DNA of 64,000 nucleotides, taken from contig CAWDDT010000005.1 in NCBI GenBank assembly GCA_963801165.1, positions 256,001 through 320,000 of the forward strand, in the 5' to 3' direction. Below the pieces are notes generated by a model. It worked only from the letters and a program-made list of their open reading frames with translations. It was not told the origin of the DNA and searched no databases. Positions 9,098-17,736 of this stretch are shown in pieces. The stretch is from an uncultured bacterium (GTDB lineage Bacteria; Actinomycetota; Acidimicrobiia; Spongiisociales; UBA5794). How positions within the stretch are numbered: position 1 is the stretch's first letter; every line of letters starts with the position of its first letter. The translations under genes were made by a program, and so were the position numbers.

Positions 9098-10249
9098 ATG
9101 CGATTCCGAACCAAACAGATCCACGCCGGGGTGACACCCGATCCGACGACCGGTGCGATCCTGACCCCGATCCACCAGTCGACCACCTTCGTGCAGCCGT
9201 CCGTCGATGAGTACATGGCCACCGGGTACTCGTATTCGCGGTCGGGCAACCCGACCGTGCGGGCCTTGGAGATGAAGGTTGCCGCCCTGGAAGACGGCGC
9301 CGATGCAGCAGCCTTCGCCACCGGGATGGCTGCCACCAACGCAGTGATGCTGGCGATGCTCAACGCCGGCGACCATGTGATCTTCTCCGACGTCGTCTAC
9401 GGCGGTACCTACCGGCTGGCCACCCAGGTGTATCGCCGATTCGGCGTCGAATGCGAGTTCGTCGACACCTCGCATGCGGAGAACGTGGCCGCCGCTCTCC
9501 GGGACAACACCCGGCTGGTGTTCACCGAGACGCCGGCAAACCCGACGCTGAAGCTGACCGACATCGCCGCCGTCTCGGAGATCACGTCGGCCCGCGGCAT
9601 CCCCCACTGTGTCGACAACACCTTCCTCACCCCCTACTACCAGCGACCCTTTGAGCTGGGAGCCGACCTCATCGTCCACTCGACGACGAAGTACTTCGAC
9701 GGCCACAACGCGACCGTCGGCGGCGCCGTCGTGTCGAGGAACGACGAGTTCCAGGAAAAGATCAAGTTCATCCAGAACGCCACGGGGACCACCATGTCGC
9801 CGCAGATCGCCTGGCTGACCCTGCAGGGAACCAAGACCCTGTCGGAGCGGCTCGATCGGCAATCTGATAACGCCATGCAGGTCGCCCGGTTCCTCGAGAG
9901 CCACCCCAAGGTCGTCGAGGTCGCCTACCCGGGGCTGGAGTCGTTCCCGCAGCACGACCTCGCGAAACGGCAGGCATCCGGCTTCGGGGCGATGGCGTGG
10001 TTCGAGGTCGAGGGCGGGGTCGAAGCCGGGAAGAAGCTGATGGGTCTCGTGCAGTTGTGGACGCTGGCAGAGAACCTCGGCTCGGTGGAGTCGCTGATCA
10101 CACACCCCGTGACCATGACCCACGCCGCGATCTCGCGTGAGGAGCGGCTCAAGGTGGGCATAACCGACGGTCTGGTACGGATCTCGGTAGGGATGGAAGA
10201 CGTCGAGGACCTGATCGAGGACCTCGCCCAGGCGCTCGATCGGGTATGA
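9098..10249 (+). CDS. metB: Cystathionine gamma-synthase/gamma-lyase family PLP enzyme
   Basis: PIHQSTTF, YSRSGNPT, YGGT, ETPANP, VDNTF, HSTTKYFDGH, LAENLGSVESL. Confidence 0.85.
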   Translation: MRFRTKQIHAGVTPDPTTGAILTPIHQSTTFVQPSVDEYMATGYSYSRSGNPTVRALEMKVAALEDGADAAAFATGMAATNAVMLAMLNAGDHVIFSDVVYGGTYRLATQVYRRFGVECEFVDTSHAENVAAALRDNTRLVFTETPANPTLKLTDIAAVSEITSARGIPHCVDNTFLTPYYQRPFELGADLIVHSTTKYFDGHNATVGGAVVSRNDEFQEKIKFIQNATGTTMSPQIAWLTLQGTKTLSERLDRQSDNAMQVARFLESHPKVVEVAYPGLESFPQHDLAKRQASGFGAMAWFEVEGGVEAGKKLMGLVQLWTLAENLGSVESLITHPVTMTHAAISREERLKVGITDGLVRISVGMEDVEDLIEDLAQALDRV

Positions 10250-10734
10250 GCGACCCGGTGCTCACCACGATCGACGGCCTCGGCGTCGACTACGAGGTCA
10301 TCCCGTGCGACCCTCAGCTCGCAGATACCGCCCAGTTCTGCGAGGCGTACGGGTACTCGCCCGAGGACTCGGCGAACACGATCGTGGTGGTCGGCAAGGC
10401 CGACCCGAGGGTCTACGTTGCCTGCGTCGTGCTGGCCAGCACCAAGCTCGATGTGAACGGCACCGTGAAAAAGAAGCTCGGCATCCGACGTACCTCTTTC
10501 GCATCGGGTGATGAGACCGTCGCCGTCACCGGGATGACCATCGGCGGGGTCACCCCTTTCGGTCTCCCCAAAGACCTCCCCATCTGGATCGACGAACGGG
10601 TGATGGCCCGGGAGACGATCATCCTCGGCGGTGGCTCGAGGGACCGCAAGATCTCCGCCCCACCGGCAATCCTGACCGCCCTGCCCGCCGCCGAGGTGGT
10701 CACAGAGCTCGCCAAGGAATTCGAGCCGAGGTAG
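10246..10734 (+). CDS. YbaK/EbsC-type aminoacyl-tRNA editing domain protein
   Basis: TGMTIGGVTPFG, GGGSR motifs. Confidence 0.85.
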   Translation: MSDPVLTTIDGLGVDYEVIPCDPQLADTAQFCEAYGYSPEDSANTIVVVGKADPRVYVACVVLASTKLDVNGTVKKKLGIRRTSFASGDETVAVTGMTIGGVTPFGLPKDLPIWIDERVMARETIILGGGSRDRKISAPPAILTALPAAEVVTELAKEFEPR

Positions 10735-10740
10735 CGAGCG

Positions 10741-10932
10741 ATGAAGACCATCCCCAACGAGCTCACCGCCGCGCTTGCAGCCAACCCCGAGGCGCAGCGC
10801 ATCTTCCTGGGCATGTCCCCGTCACATCAGCGCCAGTACGCGATGCACGTCGCCGAAGCAAAACGCCCGGAGACGCGGAGACGCCGGGCGGCACAGATGA
10901 TCCGCCTGATCCTCACCAAGGGCGACACGTAG
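10741..10932 (+). CDS. YdeI/OmpD-associated small protein
   Basis: IPNELTAAL, SPSHQRQY, EAKRPETRRRR. Confidence 0.8.
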   Translation: MKTIPNELTAALAANPEAQRIFLGMSPSHQRQYAMHVAEAKRPETRRRRAAQMIRLILTKGDT

Positions 10933-10961
10933 AGAGCTACGGCCGATACGTCAAAGGCGAC

Positions 10962-11125
10962 CACCGCTCGTCCTTCCCCCCTCGTCCGGCCCAAGAGGGC
11001 CGCCCGATCCCCCCGAAATGGGGGGATCACTACTTGCTTCCAGCTCACAGCGCACCGCTCGTCCTTCCCCCCTCGTCCGGGCTACGCCCGGCCGATCCCC
11101 CCGAAATGGGGGGATAGCTACTTGC
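10962..11125. repeat. Two direct copies (91-bp offset) of a ~75-bp REP-like element with a GATCCCCCC-GAAAT-GGGGGGAT hairpin
   Basis: 10962-11037 and 11053-11125 share CACCGCTCGTCCTTCCCCCCTCGTCCGG and CCGATCCCCCCGAAATGGGGGGAT..CTACTTGC and differ in an internal small hairpin. Confidence 0.9.
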
Positions 11126-11430
11126 CCCCAACAGCCGTTCTCGGGCCGCAAGAATTCAGACCGGTGTCATGTTGCCAACATCTCTGTATCAAGTGGGCCC
11201 TCTACCGTGTCTCTTGTTAGGGGGACAGGGCATGGGATCGGCCGCCAAGACCGGTCCCAACGCCCAAGAGCGCTCCGGTGCCGCAACGCCGGGGGCTCCA
11301 GGAGACGGGTGGGCGATACGCTCCTCGCCCGGCGGGTACCGCACGACCTGCCGGCATCGAGGATCGCCGACCCCGGGTGGTAGGGCCGGTGACAGCCTCA
11401 CGACGTGAGGAAGTCACCGGCCGCTCCGTT

Positions 11431-12516
11431 TCACACGTGGGTGATCGCCTGAACGTCACGCAGGGTCCGCCCATGGAACGCCGCGTACCGGGTGGCGACC
11501 TGCCGCAGCTCCCGGGTCTCGGCCACGGCGAGCGATCTGAGAAGATGTGCCTCGATGTCGATCTCGGAGCCGCCACGGCGCACTCGCCAACGACCGGCAA
11601 CCTCACCGTCGACGAGGATCATCCCCAACGGGAGGCCGCGGACATAACCGAGGGTCGATTCCCGACCCGTGGGATCGGAAATGTCCCGCGACTCCTGATA
11701 TCCCACGAGGTACTCGTCGTAGATCTCGACCAGATTCACGCGTGGCGAACGCATCGGTTGCGACGGGATCGGCTCGCCTGCCCAGTACGTCCGCCCGTCG
11801 TTTTCGATCTGGTGGAGCTGATCGCTCATCATGGCGATGCCCCGTCTGATGTCGGTGACCTTCAAGCCAGACCACCAGCGGAAGTCGTTGACTGTCGCCG
11901 GGCCGTGGCCGGTGAAGTAGCGCAGCGTCAGCTCGGCGAGTGCCTCGTCGGGGTCCGGTTGCGGTTGGGCCGGAAGGCGCTCGTCGAGGAGGGCGTATGT
12001 GGGCTGCTTGGCGCCAACGCCGCTGCACACGAGACCGGTCAATTCGGCGTGCATGACGATGTGAGCCAGCCGCAGACTGTCGGTGTCGATGCCGACGTTG
12101 GCGAGCTCCTCACCGATGGCGGCTCGGGAGAGCGATCGGCCCTGAAGTACGGTCGCGATTACGCGGTGACAACGCTCGAGTTCGTCGTTGTCGAGGTTGA
12201 CGTTGCGCATCTGCGACCCGGCCTGGATGAGAACCCTGGGCCCGGTGAGGGCAAGCCACGATCGCAGGTCTTCCGCGGCGACATAGTGCCAGGTGGGTCG
12301 GAGAACGTGGGTTCGGACCACAAGACCTCTGTCGAGCGACGCGGCGATATCGGTTGCGGTGGCGTCGGCGATGCGCTGCGCCATCGCCCAGGTCGCTGGC
12401 CCGATGTTCTGCGACTGGACCGCACCAAACCACGAGACTGCGTCATGGAAATCGGCGAATCGGGGGGCATCGAGACCGTGGACCGCCATTCGCAAGGCAG
12501 CGGGTTGAGGTTGCAT
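11431..12516 (-). CDS. AlkZ/YcaQ-family (HTH_42) winged-helix DNA glycosylase
   Basis: AVQSQ (QxQ, AlkZ-type), RTHVLRPTWH, RYFTGHGPAT..DF.WWSG, YDEYLVGY, DGEVAG.W. Confidence 0.85.
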   Translation of the reverse strand: MQPQPAALRMAVHGLDAPRFADFHDAVSWFGAVQSQNIGPATWAMAQRIADATATDIAASLDRGLVVRTHVLRPTWHYVAAEDLRSWLALTGPRVLIQAGSQMRNVNLDNDELERCHRVIATVLQGRSLSRAAIGEELANVGIDTDSLRLAHIVMHAELTGLVCSGVGAKQPTYALLDERLPAQPQPDPDEALAELTLRYFTGHGPATVNDFRWWSGLKVTDIRRGIAMMSDQLHQIENDGRTYWAGEPIPSQPMRSPRVNLVEIYDEYLVGYQESRDISDPTGRESTLGYVRGLPLGMILVDGEVAGRWRVRRGGSEIDIEAHLLRSLAVAETRELRQVATRYAAFHGRTLRDVQAITHV

Positions 12517-12604
12517 CGTCGCACACTACCGGGAGGGTATGACGCGGTTCGGCCGGTGGTCCCACCAACCGTGAGGGACCACCGGCCGCGCCGTTTCCGT
12601 ACCA

Positions 12605-13369
12605 TCACATCGGTCCTTGAATCCTTCCGCGAGTGAGCGAGAGAACACTCAGCGACGTACGGGCCGCCAACTCGACGACGCTGGCTGCCAGCTTCGTCTC
12701 TTGGGTGGGTTGAGTTGGCTCGGTTGCGACGGGCGCCGGCCCGCCGGTCTCCGCTGCTCCGCTCGCCACCTCGGGGCCAGCCGGGGAAGCGTAGGGAACG
12801 GGATCATGGGCTACTGCCGGAGGCGTGGTTGGTGCGCCGGCCAGCCACCTCGAGACAAGTGCGGTCGTCTCCTCGGTGACGGGGATGCCACCTTCACCTG
12901 CGCCATGGATGGTGACGGCCATGGCTTCGGCGAAGTGTTCCGCCGGTGTTGCCGACCAGCCGGTTGCGTAGTCGAACCAATCACGGTCCTCTGGCAGATC
13001 TTGGGCGGCGTAGAAAGCTGTGGTGAAGTCCCCGTCGGCAAAGGCGCCGCATGCGAGGAAGGTGTGGTGGCTGAGCTCATGGACCACGATCGCAGCCATA
13101 CCCGACGTTGTATCGGTTGGGTCAATGACCACCTGACCGGTCTTGGTGCGATACTCGCCGCGGCGACCGTCGAGCTGCTCATACGTGATGGTCACCGACG
13201 AGGAACAGGTCTGGCGGACACCAAGGGAATCGAACCACTCGTCGTACGCCGTCGCGACGATCGATGTGACCTCTGTGGGGACTGCTGGAGAATCAGCAGA
13301 AGCGGCGGCTGGGGCTACGACGAGACTCGAGATCATCCCTAGCACCAGCAACGTCATCCATGACCGCAT
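12605..13369 (-). CDS. Secreted HExxH metallopeptidase-like protein
   Basis: Signal peptide ending AASA; VVHELSH; downstream EHFAE third-ligand motif; Pro/Thr-rich tail. Confidence 0.65.
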   Translation of the reverse strand: MRSWMTLLVLGMISSLVVAPAAASADSPAVPTEVTSIVATAYDEWFDSLGVRQTCSSSVTITYEQLDGRRGEYRTKTGQVVIDPTDTTSGMAAIVVHELSHHTFLACGAFADGDFTTAFYAAQDLPEDRDWFDYATGWSATPAEHFAEAMAVTIHGAGEGGIPVTEETTALVSRWLAGAPTTPPAVAHDPVPYASPAGPEVASGAAETGGPAPVATEPTQPTQETKLAASVVELAARTSLSVLSLTRGRIQGPM

Positions 13370-13501
13370 ATCACCTCGCCTTCCGTGGCTATGGGTGGCA
13401 TGTCGGCAGCGGTGGACTATGGATAAGTAGTTACATCGAGGTTTTCTTCATTAGTTACCCACAACGGCTTAATCGAGCTGGGCGCCTGCCGGACGTGACC
13501 G

Positions 13502-13708
13502 CTATGCGGTCAGCTCGATGGAGACGATATCGGTACGCGGTATGGACTCGGTACCGAAACGGTTGCGTAGGAGGAGCGCATGCTCGCCGTGCACGGCCTC
13601 CATCCCCAGGTACTCGCCAAGCGTGACACCGGTCGCCGTGGTCACACGGTAGACACCGCCACGGCGGAGGTGGTTAATAGGCATGTCATTCATTTCCAGT
13701 GCCGACAT
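13502..13708 (-). CDS. Small hypothetical protein
   Basis: GAAAGGA RBS before ATG at 13708; plausible beta-rich sequence. Confidence 0.6.
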   Translation of the reverse strand: MSALEMNDMPINHLRRGGVYRVTTATGVTLGEYLGMEAVHGEHALLLRNRFGTESIPRTDIVSIELTA

Positions 13709-13930
13709 GTGGCGTCCTTTCTCCATTCGTCCCCGGAGTGCGAGGTGGGCACTACCGGTGCCGGGGCGAGCACGATGATGAATTGGCGTTTCGCCTCGGT
13801 GCGTCACCGTATCATCCATTCGGCAAAATGGGACGGGAATTTGAGCGGTATCGGCGGGTCACCCGGCTTCCCCTGCTCGCATGGGTAGAACGATCGATGA
13901 GTACGGCTGAACGCTGAAGAGATGTCGTCC

Positions 13931-16168
13931 CTAGAGGCCACGCAGACCGGGACGGCCCATGATCTTGGCCAGCGGCAACAGCGACAACCACGACTGGCTC
14001 TTGGGTCGCTGCGCATCATCCTCGATCAGGTCGGGGAACATGTCGAGCGGGGTGAACCGGATGTGGCCGTGTTGCAGGCCCATGAAGGCACTCTGGGGCT
14101 GGTCGCTCATCGCCTGCTCGATCAGGTAGTCGAGCGACTTGGATGCGAAACGGGTTGCCTGGATCCGGTCGAATGGGGACGGGTCACCGCCTTGCTGGAC
14201 GTGACCCAGGATGGCTTGACGGACGCTGAACAGCCCTTCGCTCTCTCGCTCGAAGAGGGCCTTGATGAAGCCACTGTCGTACACCGGATCGGCGCCCTCG
14301 CTGGTGATCACGAGCCCGAGCCGCTTGCCGTTCTTGAAGCCCTCTTTCAGGTTGCTCACATCCGACTCGAGGTCGTGCAGTGAGATCCCCTCCTCCGGCA
14401 AGTAGGTGCGCTCGGCACCAGTCGCCAGGCCGCTCATGAGAGCCAGATAGCCACAGTCGCGACCCATCACCTCGACGATGAAGCACCGGCCGGAAGCGAC
14501 GGCCGACTGCTTGATCTTGTCCACATCGGCAACGATGTTGTTGAGTGCTGTGTCCGCGCCGATCGCAACCTCGGAACCGGGTAGGTCGTTGTTGATGGCA
14601 GCCGGCAGGCAGACGATGGGGAGCCCGAGGGCGGGATGCTCGCCGGCATGTGTCCGCAACTGGTGAGCGACGACGTATCCGGCCCAGCCGCCGATGAGCA
14701 GCAGACCGTCGATCTGATACTTCTCGATGTTGGCGGCGATGTGCGCCAGCTGCTCACCACGCGGCTGGTGCCGGCTGATCCCCAGCTCGGCGCCGCCTCG
14801 CGATGCCCAGCCGTTGACACTCATCCAATCCATCTCTTCGATCTGCCCGGCCTCGAACCCGCGGAACCCGTTGCGGATGCCGTACATCATGTGGCCCTTG
14901 TCGATGCCGACCCGGACTGCCACCCGCACCGCCGGGTTCATTCCGGGTGCGGGACCGCCGGCGTGGATGATGCCGAGCCTGAGCCGCCGCTGTTCGGGGT
15001 CGGGTGCGTGCGGCTTGGCACGCACCATGGTCTTGATCATCTGGAACGAGTCGCGGAAGCTCCCACCCCTCATATCCATGGCGGTCCCATAGTCGCGCTC
15101 GGCGATCCGGTCCGCGACGGCCCGGGTCTGCTGGACGCATTCCATCAACGGGGAGCTGATGATCTGGTGCTCCCTCAGCCCGATGAGCTGCGCCTCGCCG
15201 CCGGGAGCCGTCACCACCTGTTCCACCGCGGCGTATCCGAGCACGGTGCTCAGGTAGCGGTCGAAGGCGCTGGGGGCGCCACCGCGTTGCACGTGGCCGA
15301 GACTGGTGACCCGGGTGTCCTCGCCGAGACGCTCCGACAGGACGTCCTTGACGTATTGGGCGGTGATCGGGTTGCCGTACTTGTCCTGGGCACCCTCGGC
15401 AACGATCACGATGTTGAGCCGGCGCCCGACCTCCCTGCCGGCGCGGAGGGCACCCATCATCGACTCTTCCCATTCGTCCTGCTCGGGCGGGCTCTCGGGG
15501 ATGAGCACCCAGTTGGCGCCGGCGGCGACCGCACTCATCAGTGCCAGATAGCCGCAGTTGCGACCCATCACCTCGATGACGAACGCACGTTGGTGGCTCG
15601 ATGCGGTGCTGTGAATGGCGTCGATCGCATCGGCTATCCGGTGCAGGGCGCTGTCGGCGCCGATGGTCATGTCTGTGCCGAACATGTCGTTGTCGATCGA
15701 CCCGACCATCCCGACCAGAGTGAGCCGTTGATGCGCCTCTGCCATCTCGGGCGTGATCTCCCCGGAGGAAGCCAGATCATCGATATGACCCCGCCATTCC
15801 TCCTTGAACAGGTTGGCACCGGTCAAGCTGCCATCGCCACCGATGACCACCAGGGCGTCGACGCCGAGCTCGACCAGGTTGCGGGCGGCGCGGCGGCGAC
15901 CTTCGGGAGACCGGAATTCCACCGAGCGGGCGGTGCCGAGCACCGTGCCGCCCTGGTGCAGGATGCCACCCACCGACTCCGAGGTCGCCCTCTTGATCTT
16001 GTTGCCGCCCTCTACGAGACCCTGGAAGCCCTCGTAGACGCTGTAAACGGCCAGGTCGGCGTCGAGCCCTGCCCGGACCACCGCCCTGACGGCGGCGTTC
16101 ATCCCGGCCGCGTCCCCGCCGCTGGTGAGCACCGCCAGACTGGTCGGGCGATGTGACATTTTCAGCAT
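13931..16168 (-). CDS. pfk: 6-phosphofructokinase, eukaryote-type tandem (two PFK halves)
   Basis: N half TSGGDAAGMN, GGDGSLTGA, SIDND, EVMGRNCG, LGHVQRGG; C half GGPAPGMN, PAAINND, LGHVQQGGDPSPFDR. Confidence 0.93.
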   Translation of the reverse strand: MLKMSHRPTSLAVLTSGGDAAGMNAAVRAVVRAGLDADLAVYSVYEGFQGLVEGGNKIKRATSESVGGILHQGGTVLGTARSVEFRSPEGRRRAARNLVELGVDALVVIGGDGSLTGANLFKEEWRGHIDDLASSGEITPEMAEAHQRLTLVGMVGSIDNDMFGTDMTIGADSALHRIADAIDAIHSTASSHQRAFVIEVMGRNCGYLALMSAVAAGANWVLIPESPPEQDEWEESMMGALRAGREVGRRLNIVIVAEGAQDKYGNPITAQYVKDVLSERLGEDTRVTSLGHVQRGGAPSAFDRYLSTVLGYAAVEQVVTAPGGEAQLIGLREHQIISSPLMECVQQTRAVADRIAERDYGTAMDMRGGSFRDSFQMIKTMVRAKPHAPDPEQRRLRLGIIHAGGPAPGMNPAVRVAVRVGIDKGHMMYGIRNGFRGFEAGQIEEMDWMSVNGWASRGGAELGISRHQPRGEQLAHIAANIEKYQIDGLLLIGGWAGYVVAHQLRTHAGEHPALGLPIVCLPAAINNDLPGSEVAIGADTALNNIVADVDKIKQSAVASGRCFIVEVMGRDCGYLALMSGLATGAERTYLPEEGISLHDLESDVSNLKEGFKNGKRLGLVITSEGADPVYDSGFIKALFERESEGLFSVRQAILGHVQQGGDPSPFDRIQATRFASKSLDYLIEQAMSDQPQSAFMGLQHGHIRFTPLDMFPDLIEDDAQRPKSQSWLSLLPLAKIMGRPGLRGL

Positions 16169-16222
16169 TTCAATCTCCTGGTGGAGGGAGACAAGTATCC
16201 CGCGAAACCCTATCCCATGCGA

Positions 16223-16278
16223 TGTCGTGTAATGAGTGTCGTGTAAGGAGTGTCATGTAATGAGTGTCGTGTAAGGAG
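16223..16278. repeat. Tandem repeat, 4 x 14 bp (TGTCRTGTAAKGAG)
   Basis: tgtcgtgtaatgag/tgtcgtgtaaggag/tgtcatgtaatgag/tgtcgtgtaaggag, read directly. Confidence 0.95.
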
Positions 16279-16341
16279 TTCTTGTCAATCGTCGGCCGTT
16301 GTGCCGGATTGCGCAAACCTTTCTCGAGAAAGGGTCTTTAC

Positions 16342-16359
16342 CCATACGGGACTGTATGG
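16342..16359. promoter_or_regulatory. Probable TetR autoregulatory operator
   Basis: Palindrome CCATACGggacTGTATGG just upstream of the tetR start. Confidence 0.6.
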
Positions 16360-16371
16360 TATGTTAAGACC

Positions 16372-16968
16372 ATGATGCAAGCAGAGACCACACGAAGGGG
16401 CAGGCCCCGGGACCCGTCTGTAGACCAGGCGATTCTCGACGCGGCCCGTTCCGTGGTCGCAGCGAAGGGCTTCACAGGCGCCTCGATGGACGAGATCGCC
16501 CGGCGTGCCCATGTCGGCAAAGACACCCTGTACCGCCGCTGGAAGTCGAAGGAGGACCTGGTACTGCACCTGCTCACGGTCATGTCAGAGCAGAACGTCC
16601 CACCCCCAAAACTGGAGGATCCCCGCTACGGGCTCTTTCTGTTTCTTCAGGACATTCGTAAGGTGAACCTCGGCACCGACCTCGGCCCGATCATCGCCGG
16701 CATCGTCGGTGAGTGCGCCCGCAACGAGCGACTCGCCGAAGGGTTCCACAAGTATTGGAGGGAACGCCGCCGTCTGGCAGGCCTCGCCGTCCAGGAAATC
16801 GTTCCCTCGAACACGACCGACGAAGAGATCGAGGTAATCCTCGACCACATTCTCGGCCCGTTCTACTACCGCCTACTGCTCACGGGCGACCCGGTCGACG
16901 ATGAGTACCTCTGGGAGCTCATCGGGACGATCCCGTGGTCTCCAGAAGAGCAACTGAACCAGAACTGA
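16372..16968 (+). CDS. TetR/AcrR-family regulator
   Basis: RGRPRD, SMDEIARRAHVGKDTLYRRWKSKEDL, GPFYYRLL. Confidence 0.92.
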   Translation: MMQAETTRRGRPRDPSVDQAILDAARSVVAAKGFTGASMDEIARRAHVGKDTLYRRWKSKEDLVLHLLTVMSEQNVPPPKLEDPRYGLFLFLQDIRKVNLGTDLGPIIAGIVGECARNERLAEGFHKYWRERRRLAGLAVQEIVPSNTTDEEIEVILDHILGPFYYRLLLTGDPVDDEYLWELIGTIPWSPEEQLNQN

Positions 16969-16993
16969 CATAGACAGAAAACTGAGGCCAGAA

Positions 16994-17407
16994 ATGAACA
17001 AAGAGCACACACTTACAGTCGTAGAACCAACGCTCGACGGCGACTCCGCCATCGACCTCGCCAAGGAGACCCGTGCCCGGGGCGGAGACACAACCATCGT
17101 GCTGCTGCTCGGTCGCGAGACAGTGGCCAACGTGGCGGCCTTCGCCAAGGCCGAGGACCTCGCCATAGCCGACGGACGGGAGATCTACTTCCAGCGTCTC
17201 ACCGAGACGTATGAGAACCTGTCCGGGGGCAAGGTCACCCTCGTCTTCGACGGCCCGACTGCCAACCGTTGGGTCTTCGATCAGGCCGCTCGCTCACACG
17301 CCACCTCCGTGGTGCTTCCGCAGCGTCTGGTCAATCGCCGCAACTGGAAAGCATCCGTATCCAAGTCACAGGTTCCGGTGCTGCTTGCTCCTCCCAAAGC
17401 CGCATAG
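16994..17407 (+). CDS. Universal-stress-protein-like hypothetical protein
   Basis: N-terminal beta strand and C-terminal SQVPVLL resemble the USP fold. Confidence 0.55.
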   Translation: MNKEHTLTVVEPTLDGDSAIDLAKETRARGGDTTIVLLLGRETVANVAAFAKAEDLAIADGREIYFQRLTETYENLSGGKVTLVFDGPTANRWVFDQAARSHATSVVLPQRLVNRRNWKASVSKSQVPVLLAPPKAA

Positions 17408-17449
17408 CACCGGATAGCTCGGCTCAATCCTCCTCCTGAGCCGTGAAAA

Positions 17450-17485
17450 GATGAAGCCGCCGGTTTCCCGCCTGGCGGCTTCATC
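17450..17485. terminator. Stem-loop downstream of the tetR-usp unit
   Basis: GATGAAGCCGCC ... GGCGGCTTCATC, perfect 12-bp stem. Confidence 0.65.
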
Positions 17486-17736
17486 GCGTCCTGCCCGAGT
17501 GTCGATGTCGCGCTCCCCGCGACGATCCTATGATGCGGTCTGCGCCGCCGGCAGGTCCCGGTCGCCGCAGTTGGTCGAGCAAGGAGGCTGCGGTCAGTGA
17601 CCGCTGATAGTCCTAGATCCAAGGGTGCTGTCGCCCCCTGCCGCTCGGCCGTCTCGTCGATGGTGTGAGCTCCGCCGGGGTGACCACAGCACCCCGGACA
17701 CCGTGAAGGAGTTCACATGTCACGTGCATTGCACGC

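Noticed and set aside
10962-11125. Possible mini-CRISPR or tRNA
   Set aside because: Only two ~75-bp units with a short gap; no cloverleaf, T-loop or CCA pattern
14636-16156. 506-aa plus-strand ORF, and similar antisense ORFs over metB, alkZ, the acylase gene and cysK
   Set aside because: Antisense to well-supported genes and without recognisable motifs
16223-16278. Possible CRISPR array
   Set aside because: The repeats are contiguous 14-mers without spacers, and no cas genes are seen
17490-17736. Possible M-box (ykoK) riboswitch upstream of mgtE
   Set aside because: Hairpins are present but none of the conserved M-box sequence blocks can be recognised
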